From the human T2T-CHM13v2.0 reference genome, Homo sapiens: a DNA stretch of 64,000 nt. A program made the position numbers and the translations under genes. The notes under the pieces are model-generated. The model was given only the letters and a program-made list of their open reading frames with translations, was not told the origin of the DNA and searched no databases. This document shows, piece by piece, positions 1 through 19,442 of the stretch. Each line of letters opens with the position of its first letter. Within the stretch, counting starts at the first letter, position 1. The stretch lies in assembly GCF_009914755.1 (NCBI RefSeq), contig NC_060939.1, one strand, 5' to 3'.

Positions 1-364
<364 letters not shown>

Positions 365-483
365 TCACATCTCCCTTCCCACTCATCTCACCATTGTCTG
401 CTCAGCTGGTTGGGTGCTGGTCCCTGGGACTGCCTAATCCTGCCCCAGCATAGGAGCCCTTAGAGGCCAGGGCTTACCTCTTA

Positions 484-801
<318 letters not shown>

Positions 802-1203
802 TTAATGAAGGTTTGAAACATGACAGGCTGCCAGCTGTCTTCCCCTGTACATTTAGAAGATCAAGGAAGAAAAGGAGCTGCCGGCTGGCAAGAGATGATG
901 TTGAGACATAACTACTCTGGCTTATGTTTACATTTTTGAAACCATCAGAAACATTTCAATTTCTTTATTATTTGTCTTATAAACTGTTTTTTGCAAATGG
1001 AAGACAATGCCATCTCAAAACCCAAAAAGCAATTCTGGCTTTTTATACTTTTGTGGAGAACAGGTAGAAGACAAGAAAAGGAATGAACATGCTGCTGATG
1101 TCACTTACCCCTTCAGCGACAAGAAACAGGTACAGAATTCATGAACTGATATTATTTCTTCAAAAACATGTTCCATGACCTCGAGTGACTTGCTAAAGCC
1201 TAG

Positions 1204-2213
<1,010 letters not shown>

Positions 2214-2303
2214 TGAGTCTCCTTCTTAACTGGCTCAGATTAGGGGACAGGGGTGTATGAGTCACACTTTCCTAGAACCCCAAACCCCATCAAGTCAAAT
2301 TCA

Positions 2304-2483
<180 letters not shown>

Positions 2484-2955
2484 TTACTGCAAGATCATCA
2501 AGGCCAACCACCCTCATTTCACAGATAAGGAGCAGGCTCAATCAACTTTAGGGAGACTGAGCCCAAGCTTCCATGTGTCATGATGGTCACCTACAGAGGA
2601 CACAAGTATGGGGCCAAACACAACCTGACCCAGAGACTCTTGGCCTCTCCCAACTGAGCAATTATCACCCAAGAGCAATAGAAGAGCATCTTTCTGTCCC
2701 GTATCTATTCCCTGGAGCAACTCCGGTAGAACTGTTACTTACATTAGTCCAAGGGCTCTGGGGGGCTATGAAGCCACAGCAGTGGTTTCTTTGTATTCTA
2801 AATCTGTGTGTATCTGTGTGCACACACTTGTGCACTCACATGTGCCTGTGTGCTGAGGGGGTGGGAATGGAGATGAGGAGGCAGAATACCCCCAGGCATT
2901 TGCAGCCATCCCATCCCATCCTGTGTGGATGGCTGGATCACAAAATTGACCATAC

Positions 2956-3044
2956 CTGGTATGTGGCACATGCTTTAGATCAAAGATAGACCTGTCTGAA
3001 AATCCTCCATGGCGCACTTTGAAATCTCTTTCTGGGAATAAGCC
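2956..3044 (-). CDS. WDR73: WDR73 exon 4 (89 nt)
   Basis: ttttag|GGCTTA...ATACCAG|gtatgg; encodes [30 protein letters not shown]. Confidence 0.95.
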
Positions 3045-3419
3045 CTAAAATACAAAGGAGTAGCCAATCAGAGCCAGCTCTTCAAATGAACATTTCAGAG
3101 GAACTCTAAGTGAGGAGTCAGGTCCTAGCCTGGCAGGAGGCCATGGAAGCCACTCAGCTGGTGAAAGGGCGTTGGTGTCCTGGTATTTGGCAATGTTGGT
3201 CTCAGCTGCCTACACGTACAGCTTCCTTTTTCCTTTGCACATCCAAAACCCTTCTCCTAGCCTTTCACTAGCCCCTTTTACTACAGCACAAGCATTATAC
3301 TCCAGGCCTTCCTAGAGAAGCCAGAGAAGCTTAACAGCTTCATCAAAGAGAGCAATGAACACATCCCCATTTCTCCCTCCATTCTCCCGCTGGAAGTCAG
3401 GTGGGTTCCTCTAACGATA

Positions 3420-3660
3420 AAAATTAACAATTACAACTTATCAGTATTCACTGTGTCAGGCGCAGTGTTTAGGGCTTTATCACATTTAATTCTTACAACC
3501 TCCTATGATATAGGTACTATAATTATCCCTATTCTACAAATGACACAACTAAGGCACAAGGAGCTTCAGCCACTTATATAAGGTCATACAAGTATTAAGT
3601 TGTGAATTTGAACCAAAGTCTGTCTAACCCAAGTCCACACTGTTAGCCACTAGGCTCTAC
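3420..3660 (-). repeat. MIR
   Basis: Core-like atttaattcttacaacc...attatccctattctacaaatgacacaactaaggcaca. Confidence 0.65.
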
Positions 3661-3879
3661 TATCTCCATGTAAGGAACCAGAGGCAAGGGAAAAGGAGGT
3701 GGCCATAGAAGAAACAAGGCAAAGCTGGTGGTGAGCGGGGAGGTTAAATCAGTTCTCACAGCTAGGCTCAGTCTGGGTGAACCCCTGACTCAAGCCTGAC
3801 TGGAGATGGGGAAGATGAAGAACACTAGGTGCTACCCTATAGCTTCTGTAGCCTCTGGGTTTTATGAGTACAAATTTGG

Positions 3880-5850
<1,971 letters not shown>

Positions 5851-6059
5851 GAATTCAGGAGCAAACACTCAAATTCCTGCCCCCACATGGCCCTTCAAGG
5901 TCATCTGCCTGCATGCCTCACTCCTCCCTTGTCCTCTGATGACTAATACCATCCCCTGGACTCCTGATCTATCCTCACCTTCTATTCCTGGAAGCAGGAG
6001 CGTGTTCCCTGTGATATTCCCTCATTTTCACCCTCTCCCTCTTCAAGGGTTACTTTCCC

Positions 6060-7095
<1,036 letters not shown>

Positions 7096-7120
7096 TGACA
7101 TACTCAGCATTTATATTTTA

Positions 7121-7240
<120 letters not shown>

Positions 7241-7329
7241 TCACAAATTGTTAGAAAGATTGCAGACCATGCAATCCCCCGAAGTAAGGATACATTCCTT
7301 CACTGTGCAGCCTTGTATGGAGGAATTGA

Positions 7330-8112
<783 letters not shown>

Positions 8113-8646
8113 CTGCACAAAAGGGACACAGAATCACACGATGCACAGCACTTCACAGCTCAAAGAACTCCAAGATGGCAGCCGCATGGTTCAGTGGCCC
8201 AAACTCTGGAGTCAGGCAGACGTGGGACTGAGTTTACTTCCCATTTTACTCCCTGTTTCTGGGACCAGGCCAGTCCCTTGATGTCCCTGAGCCTCGGTCC
8301 TCATGTGTGGACGTCCCAGGGTACCCAGATTTCCCAAGGTTGACGTGAGGAATCAATGAGATCATCTGTGTTCTGAGCTGAACTCAGAGGCTGGCGCAAA
8401 CTAACTGGGCACTGCGTCTTCACAAGCGCGGCTCCTACTAGTAATCTCACAACGCGCGCACGCAGGAAGGAGCCATTTCCTAGAGATGGGGGCCTAGGCC
8501 CAGGCGGAGTCCTCCACGGTGGCGAGCCCCGAGGCCACAGCTGGCCCACTCTGCACCAGGATCCCCAACGTGCCTCCACCCACACCCATCCGCCCGCCAG
8601 GCAAGCTCCAGGCCCAGCTCCCATGTCCCAGCCCCGTACGATTTAC

Positions 8647-8687
8647 AAGCGCAAGGATTCCACCAGCCAGTCGTCCCCAGGATCCAT
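8647..8687 (-). CDS. WDR73: WDR73 exon 1 coding part (WD repeat-containing protein 73)
   Basis: Strong Kozak gccATGG at 8687; MDPGDDWLVESLRL, then TT|gtaaat donor; all exon phases join into one open frame. Confidence 0.95.
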
Positions 8688-8968
8688 GGCAACGACCGCT
8701 TCCGGCGTCTCACTTCCGCCTGCGAGCCTTCGGGGGCCGCGCGGCTCTCGCGAGATGTGGGCAGGGCCTCCCGTTAGGGGCGGGGTTAACAGGCTGAGCT
8801 GCGGCCCGGCATGGGTGGGTTACGGGTTTTCTCCGCGAAAGCTCCGGGAAAAGTGACCTGAAATCGGGACTTTCCCGCTGTCAGCTCCAAGCAGGACCTG
8901 AGGACCAAATGATCGCCCGTTTTAGGGCCAGGTGTTTGCAGCCCAAGAGAGGGGCAATGAATGCTCCA

Positions 8969-9151
8969 AGGCCAGAAATAATACAGGACCGCCCGGTTAA
9001 ATTCGAATTTCAGAAAAACGGTGAATAATTTCTTTCTTACGAGTATGTTCATGCAATATTTGGTACATTTTATTAGATAAAATTATTGTTTATCTGAAAT
9101 TCGAATTTAACTGGGTGTCCAGTATTTTTATTTGCTAACGCTGGCAACCCT
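8969..9151. mobile_element. MER53 palindromic MITE
   Basis: Arms ATACAGGACCGCCCGGTTAAATTCGAATTTCAGA and TCTGAAATTCGAATTTAACTGGGTGTCCAGTAT, terminus CTGGCAACCCT, central ATGCAATATTTGG; matches recalled MER53 consensus. Confidence 0.85.
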
Positions 9152-9561
9152 TCTGACGGCCAGAGAAGAGAGGAAGCGGCCGGCAGGGTCTGGATCCCAA
9201 CTCGGCGCTCCCCTCCAAGTCCGGCGGGGGTATTGAGTAAAGCCCGGCAGTGTAGTGTCTGCAGCCCCCTTTTACTAGCGAGGAAACTAGTGACACTTGC
9301 CTGCGCCAGTAGGTGGCAGAGATGAGAGTAGAACCCCGCGCCTGGCACGAAGCCTGGCATGCAACAGGCGTTATTTGCTTGCTGAATGAATGGGTAGGAG
9401 GCCAGAGTCAGTGCCAGGCTGGTGCCATGGCATGGGGTATTCTGGACTTTTTGAGCCAGCCCCATCTCACTGAACACTCTGCCCTCCAGCCCCCTTTTCC
9501 TCCCATCCCCTAAAAGACGGGTGAAAGGAGACGACCAGGCATTTTATGTAAAGAGCAAGGT

Positions 9562-9567
9562 TTTATT
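9562..9567 (-). terminator. NMB: NMB polyadenylation signal AATAAA
   Basis: tttatt on + strand ~220 nt past the stop codon. Confidence 0.8.
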
Positions 9568-9682
9568 CACCAATTCAACAGGGAAGCAGGAAATACAGCA
9601 GGAACATAATCTGTGTCTGCATCAGCGATATTTCTGGTGACCCAGCCAGAAATCACAGTAATGGAGTAACAGAGATTTGAGC

Positions 9683-9817
9683 TCAGGATTTACATCCAGA
9701 TGGGGCCATCAACAGGGTCCCATTCAGCACCTTCCCTGGGTGGGCACAATCTAAGCCACGCTGTTGTGTCTGCCCCATTATTGGTGTTATTTCTGCAGTA
9801 TTTGTACCAGCAGCCTC
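9683..9817 (-). CDS. NMB: NMB exon 3 via alternative acceptor (154-aa isoform, shifted frame)
   Basis: Second AG 5 nt downstream (cagTACAG|GAG) opens EAAGTNTAEITPIMGQ...APSGCKS* (44 aa); 110+44=154 aa, consistent with the recalled longer isoform. Confidence 0.7.
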   Translation of the reverse strand, partial: EAAGTNTAEITPIMGQTQQRGLDCAHPGKVLNGTLLMAPSGCKS

Positions 9818-9822
9818 CTGTA
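9787..9822 (-). CDS. NMB: NMB exon 3 coding part (121-aa isoform)
   Basis: cttcag|TAC AGG AGG...AAA TAA = YRRLLVQILQK*. Confidence 0.93.
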   Translation of the reverse strand, partial: YRRLLVQILQK

Positions 9823-10459
9823 CTGAAGAGAAACATACAGAAGAATTGAGCCAGGGAGGGGCTCCTGATAAAGATAGGGGCATCCTGCCATTCCTAAGTG
9901 CCAGATGTCTGCAGAGGTGGGCACCAGCAGGCTGTCAGCTGAGGCAGGCCCCAGAGCACCCTGAATTGCCTTGGAGGGGTCGGGGCAGTAGTTTTCTCAG
10001 AACACAGCCCCAACCACCCAGGGTGGTCATGACAGTCAAAGAAGATCGTGGAAGAAAATCCAAATACAGTGCCTGGTGCTGGGCTAGTGTCAGCGTCCTC
10101 ACTCCCCCACCCCAGCTCTGCCCCAGACCTCACTCTGAAGCCCCAGACGTAGGCACTGCTGCTTCTGAGATTCTCTAGTTGGTCTGCATGTGTCAGAGCT
10201 TCAAAACCAAGGGCATTAGAGGTGACATTGTTTCCCTTCAGACTCAGCCAGCCCAAGCTCCTAGGCCTTACATCTGAGGTCCTCAGGGGCTGCTGGTTCT
10301 GTGCCTCAGGAAGTCAGGGATGTTGGTTGAGGCTGGGTTGGACCTTTTCTAGGGAATGCCTCTCCCTTCAAAATGCACACACTATATGCTAGGCACACTG
10401 GGGGATATGAAGGCGAGTCTACAACAGGTGCCGCCAGGGAGCTCACAGACTGATAAGAG

Positions 10460-10690
10460 CTCGCATCTACTAAGGGCTGTCTATGAGCCAGGCACCATGC
10501 TGAGCATTTGACATAAATGGTCTCATTTAATGGGAGATGGGCCTTATTATCTTCATTTTATGGGTGAAGAATATTGAGGCTTTAGAGAAGTTAAGGGACA
10601 TTTCTAAGGTCATACAGCTACTAAGTAGCTAGGTTATGAGCCCAGCACGTTGTAGTCAAAACCCACATTCTACCACATCACACTGCCTTC
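10460..10690 (-). repeat. MIR
   Basis: ctatgagccaggcaccatgctgagcattt...ttattatcttcattttatgggtgaagaatattgaggctt. Confidence 0.7.
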
Positions 10691-10829
10691 TGCACACAGC
10701 AGCAGGACCAGGGAGGGTGGTGTGCAGTAAGGACAGCACCAGGAGCAGGGAATGAAGGAGTTGCCACTCAGCGGGGCTATACCTTGAGGCTAGCTTGGCT
10801 CCAGCTTTGGAGTCTTGAATCCCATAGAT

Positions 10830-11058
10830 CAGTGACTGACAACCAATAATGATTTGGGGCCCTCTCCCCCAGCAGACATCTGGTGATGTCTGGAGGTCTT
10901 TTCAGTTGTCACAACTTGATGGGGGGGAAAGATGCTACTGGCATCTAGTATGTAGAGACCAGGGATGCTGCCAAACATCCCATGATGCACACGTCAGCCC
11001 TCACAAGAAACAGTGATTCAGCCTAGAACGTCAAATGTACTGAAGTTGCTAAACCCTA
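10830..11058 (+). mobile_element. MER20 (hAT-Charlie) in NMB intron 2
   Basis: gatgctactggcatctagtatgtagagaccagggatgctgccaaacatcc, diagnostic of MER20. Confidence 0.85.
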
Positions 11059-11588
11059 CCACTGGATACTGAGGCAGATGAGAGAATGGGAAGAGCTCCA
11101 GTCCAGGTGAACAAGGTCCAGACTCTGTCTTGGCTGCTGACTTCTCTTTCCCTCTCTGGGCCTCAGGGTCCCATTCCGGCCACAAGCATACACAGGACAC
11201 AGCAAAGGTGGACTTGACTAATGCAGCAGGGAACAGCATGGGTGGGACAAGACTGTGTAGACTGGGGGAGAAAGGTCCTGCTCCAAAAGGCTGATGATCC
11301 CAGTCTGTTACTTTAGACTGGGTGATGAGTCAGGGGAACTTCTTTCCCTACTTCTTGCCCCATGGGGTCTACTGGGAAGGTCAGCTTCCTTTCTTTGGAC
11401 TGTTCCTCCTTTGAGCTCTGCCTCAAGAGGGAAAAGCCTGGAAACCTGGCTTTCTGGGGTCCACACCCATAATGTCCTAGTCAGACAGTCACACCCTAAT
11501 ACAGTACTGGGTGGTAATTCCTCCCATGCAGGATCCGGGGATGGCCCCAGCTGGGCCCTCCTGACATTGGAGCAGGGGCCCGGCTCAC

Positions 11589-11761
11589 CTGGATTTGGGG
11601 TGCGGGGCGGCTGAGGCTCACGCCCAGAGCCTTCTTTAGCAGGAGGATTCCGAGCAGATCATGACTCAGCTGCAGTCGCTGGTCCCTCAGGGAGGTGTGG
11701 GGAGCTGTCCCCAATGGGGATGGGCTGGAAGGCTCCAGACTCTTCTTGCCCATGAAGTGAC
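11589..11761 (-). CDS. NMB: NMB exon 2 (173 nt)
   Basis: ttccag|GTCACTTC...ATCCAG|gtgagc; encodes HFMGKKSLEPSSPSPLGTAPHTSLRDQRLQLSHDLLGILLLKKALGVSLSRPAPQIQ; Gly-Lys-Lys amidation/cleavage site; residue 73 is Pro. Confidence 0.97.
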
Positions 11762-12299
11762 CTGGAAAGGAGGTGTCCAGGCACAAGGAAGTCAAGCAGC
11801 CAGGATCCTACCTCAGAGGAAAAGTTCCTCATCTCTCCCACGTTTCCGTTCTTGTAGCGGGAAGACACTTAACCTTCCTCCTCTTGGTGCTTCCACCTCA
11901 CCAAGGAGCCACAAAGGTGTCTGGGTGGTGGCAAATCCTGCTCCCTCAGCTTTTCCTGAACAGGTAGAGAGGATGGCACAGCTGGCAGGAAGGTGGGATG
12001 GTCCAGGGCCAGGGAGAAACTCTGCTAGTTGTGTGGGCTGCTTGGACAAGGGACGAAAAAGGGCAGGGTAGGAAGTGGAGAGTGAAGAGGCGCCTGGAAA
12101 GTGGAGGTGCAGCAAAAACACACCAGCGGTTAGAAGATTCGGTTAAGTCTCGCCTAAGGTAAGGGGCACCGGCTGGCAGTGGGATTTAGGATCTAGCCCA
12201 GCCCTGTCTTAAACTGGCTGCGCGACCTTAGCCAAGTCACTGACCTGTCCGGGTCTCAAGTACATATCTATTAAATTAGATGAGCCCCAGGGTTTTCCA

Positions 12300-13274
<975 letters not shown>

Positions 13275-15407
13275 TAGGCACCAAAGGACTTCCATAAACT
13301 AATCCCCATCACCTCCGCCCTTTGGGGGAATCTGACCCGTGTTCACCTTGCTCTCTGCCCTCTCACAGCCAGCATCACAGTCTGGAAATGTTCTGGCACA
13401 CAGTAGGTGCTCAGAATGGGAATGCAGAATGATGGAGGGTGGGACAAAGGGCCGCTTCTGAGGAACGGGCATCCAGCTGGAGGGCCTGGCTTATGGGCAG
13501 GAAGCAGACCTCTGGGTCAAGAAAGTGGAAAGAGCACTGCACCCAGGACTGCACTGCACCCAGGAGTCCATGTACAAGCTGTGACCCGGCTGAACCTCAC
13601 TTTCTTCAACTGTAAAATGGTAATAACCACACTGCCCTAATTTTAATACTTTTACATGTTTTAGCATAAGTACTCTGTGGCCGGAAGCAACAATTCTGTA
13701 GGACCTGCCCTCTCACACCTGGCACTTTGTTCTCCCCAGGAGCTGTCTGGACTTTCTTGGAAAGAACTTCTGGATAAGTGGTATCATATAATGAGCAGAG
13801 GAAAACACTGTGCTCCAGAAGAATACATTTATGTTTGCTTAATTAACTGAAACCCATTGTTCAGAGCACTACACTAGACACAAGAAGAGGGGCGACAGAT
13901 AATTCCTTGCTCCCAAGGGAGTTAACCATCTCATTGGAGAGACAAGTACACAAAGGAGAGAGTGATGGAGGAGCGGGGGTGCAGACCACCCCTTGGACTC
14001 TGGATACCTCTGGAACACGGAACAGAGTGGCCGTACCAGAACCTACTCCCATCTGGCTTGATAATGGGACCTGCTTCTAGGACTCTTGCTTAGTATCTAG
14101 CTCAGCAAGGTTGCTAGCTCTGTGGATCCTCATCCTAGAAGGGGAAGCTCACATGAAAAACTGGCTGTCATACCCAGCTGGAGGCCCAGCTTCCAGGAGC
14201 ATGACACACAGGACAGGGACGTTTCATTTCTGGCCCTGGCTTTCCCCCCAATCTCCTTGCTTCTCACCTCCCACCCTGGCATTTACACCTCTCTGCTTTC
14301 TTGTCACAGCTTAGCCATGGTGTACAGATATAGCTCTTATCACCTTCCGGTAATCATTCCTTTGTGACCCCCCTCCCTCTCCTCTGCATCCATCAAACCC
14401 CCATCCTATCTTCTCTAGTCCATGGATAATAGAAATTAGCGTGAACACACAGAAGCTGGTATTGATTGAGTGCTGCATCACTTAAATGCTTGAAGGAATC
14501 TTATTTGGTAGGTTTCTGTCTCCTCATTTTTATAGGTGGGAACAGGCTAAGAGGTTTAGCCACTTTCCCAGAAGTCCCACTGGAATCAGATTTCAGGTCT
14601 GTCTGGACCACTGCATCAGGCCCCCAAATCTATGCAGGGCAGATACAACTCTCCCTAAACCACACCCACTCCCATTGTACCATCTCAAATTTCAACACCA
14701 AGTTGTGTTTATGTATCTCAGGAGGGAGAGGGAGTGGGCACTGCATTTCGAGTTTCACCTCTCTTCCACAGGTGACTGGACCTTGAGTTCTGCTAAGGTT
14801 ATTTATACTTAAGCCAAGCTTCCTCTGACACAGCCTGGGTTCACAGCTGCAGCCACAGCTCTGAGGCTGGCCCCAGGCACCCTTGGAACCATTTGCTCTG
14901 TCAGCCTACTATAGAAAAAAAAGGGGGGGGCCTCTGAGGACCCTGGAGAAAACAGCAGGGGAGCACCTCCACAGACTTAGGAGCACTCACCTTAGGGAAA
15001 AAAATGGGAGGCACAGGGGAGAAGGTGGCTTGCTCAAGGGAGTGCTAGGCTCTAAGTTTAGCATGAGGACCTCAAATGCCAACTGCCTGTTCCCTAAGTC
15101 CACTCTGGTGGCAAGAGAAGTCCAAAGGCCTCCACTCCATGGGGAAAGGCTAGCATTGAATTGAATGGAGGTACGTGGGGAAGCTCTTCAGAACCCACTC
15201 TCGACCCTCCTAGGATTCTACAACATTCAAGGACATGCACAGAAAATGTGAGGCAGGTTCACAAAACAACCCATGGGGTAACTAAAAGGGTGAAAGATAC
15301 ATGGCAAATCCTATCATAGCTAACACCAGGAAAATATTTAAAGTACACCAAGTTTTTTAATAAAAAAATTGCTTCATCAAAAATAGCGATTAAGAATGGA
15401 TATTACA

Positions 15408-15735
15408 GCCGGGAGCCAGGGCTCGCACCTATAATCTTAGCACTTTGGGAGGCTGAGATGGGCGGATCACCTGAGGCAGGAGTTCGAGACCAACCTGGCC
15501 AACATGGTGAAACCTCATCTCTACTAAAAATACAAAAATTAACCGGGCGTGATGGCAACGCACCTGTAATCCCAGGTACTCAGGAGGCCGAGGAAGGAGA
15601 ATCACTTGAACCTGGGAGGTGAGGGCGGCAGTGAGCCAAGATCGCACTACTGCACTCCAGCCTGGGCAACAAGTGCAAAACTCCGCCACAAAAAAAAAAA
15701 AAAAGAAAGAAAGAAAGAAAGAAAAAGAAAATAAA
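15408..15735 (+). repeat. AluS with (GAAA)n tail
   Basis: Alu consensus. Confidence 0.9.
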
Positions 15736-15775
15736 TGACAGGAAACCTAGAGTTGTCACAACAGGATGTGTAAAA

Positions 15776-16318
<543 letters not shown>

Positions 16319-16539
16319 GTGTAAAATCTCTATTTTGGCAAATCTTTGAGCACAATCTCCAACTGTATGGGCTGGGGAGATGAAGAGAAACATCCTGGGA
16401 TATCTCAGGCCCTACTCTTTACTTTCAGAGTGAAGAAGGGACCAGAGAACCAGGAAAACAGCAGAATCTTTAAGGGAAAATCAGGGATATTGGATACAAT
16501 TTCTTAAACTCAGAGGGAACGCATAGGGATTACCTATAA

Positions 16540-16784
<245 letters not shown>

Positions 16785-17777
16785 TGAAAAAAAGAAAATA
16801 CCTACACCTAATGAGAACGTGATCATGACTCCAATGGTGGCTAAAAAACAAAGGCTGCTGATCAGCTAACTGATGCAGTACTCAGGAAAGCTATGAAAAC
16901 CTAAGGAAGTGAGAAGCCCCAGGCCCAGCATTCTTAATTATTTGGGAGTAATATTCACATATGTTAGGGGACATTTCTGTAACTGGAATGAATACTCTTT
17001 AATCTCCAAAGAGGTTTAAATGCTTGGAAATCTGCCACAGAATCTCACTATTTCTAAGAGACTAATAATCTGAGCAATTCTGCACAAGAAAAACCTAGAG
17101 CCTCTAAAGAAGAATTCCCAAGGGCTTTGCAATTGTGGAATTTATTGCAAATAAAATAATTTCAATAGACTTTACAAAGGTAAAAGGACTGGGTTATGAC
17201 ATCCAGCATTGTGACATGGTAAAAGCAACAGACTTGAAATCTGGCTCTGCCATGCATGGACCAGAAAACTCTGGACAAATCCCTGAACTTCTCCTGGTTT
17301 CTCTCTTTTATAAAATGAAGGTCATTTAGAAGGTTCATTAAATAGAGAAGGTAAAAGTTTGTTATAAACTATAAAGCACTTAGAAGAGCCCCTGGCATAT
17401 TCTAAATACTCACTATTATTAGCTCGACCTGGGAAAAGCAAAGCCTGCTTTAAATATGAAGCCCATCTCAGAGGGGGAAAAAGTTCCCTGGATAACAGCC
17501 ATGGTGTTGACACAACAGTGCCTGGCTCTGGCAAAAATGCCTATTACATCAAAAATTGATAAACTAAAATGTCAGCCCATCTACCTCAACTCTTGACCAA
17601 TTCCAAGAAAAAGGATTCTACACAGCATTCTATTTTGGCTTAAATAAGTTGTCAGGCTGAGAGCTTTGATCAAAGCTTGATGCTAGCCAATTTACTTACT
17701 TGCCTGACATTAAGTCTAGTATAAATTCTTCTAACTAGACTCCTTGAATTAAATCTGGAATACAGCTTACCAATCTA

Positions 17778-18454
<677 letters not shown>

Positions 18455-19115
18455 AGAGTAGGTGGAATTTCAGAAATGCCTAAGATTGGTAGAACAAGGA
18501 TAGAATATACAGTTTGAAAGTCATATTCAATATAATAATAACTGTATATGGGAAAGAAGTTATTATCGTTTCTATAATACAAACTTAAGAGAACGCAAGA
18601 TCAAATACTCTTGGCTGATGAGGATAAGAGGTTGGATATTATAGACTGGCGCGGTGGAAGGGTGTTTCTCAGAATGAAGAGGAGGTATGAGATTTTTGTT
18701 TCCCAAAAGAGGCCATGAGTTTTAAGATTAAGGAACGCTGTTCTACAGGAAAGTTGAAGATTCCTGGTTTAGATGGGTAGATGGTCTTTTGTGAAGTACC
18801 TTTTCTGCAAAAGTTGCCGAACTATACCTACACTGGAACATTCGCTGAAATAGCTCTATCATTAGACTAATTAGTACAGGGGTTATTGTAAAAAAAAAAA
18901 GTCACGCAGCACAGTTAAGAAATTTCTTGGTTTTCAGATACATTATAAGTTTTTTCTTTTAATTTCATTTTATACCCATTCCATAAAGCACATAAATGAC
19001 TAGTTCCGAACCTCTTTGCATTAGCAGCTAAGGACTGAGAGCCAAAGCTATGGATCTATTCCAGTAGACAACAGAATCTTTTGATATGTCCTGTAGGTAC
19101 TAACCTCACCTCTGA

Positions 19116-19442
<327 letters not shown>

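Larger units (their letters stand above)
8380..9300. promoter_or_regulatory. WDR73 CpG-island promoter
   Basis: CpG-dense; ETS-like CACTTCCG 8711-8718, palindrome TCTCGCGAGA 8746-8755, GC box GGGGCGGGG 8777-8785, kappaB-type GGGACTTTCC 8866-8875; no TATA box seen. Confidence 0.85.

Noticed and set aside
9040-9085. miR-1302 family gene in MER53
   Set aside because: The segment corresponding to the mature miRNA is heavily mutated.
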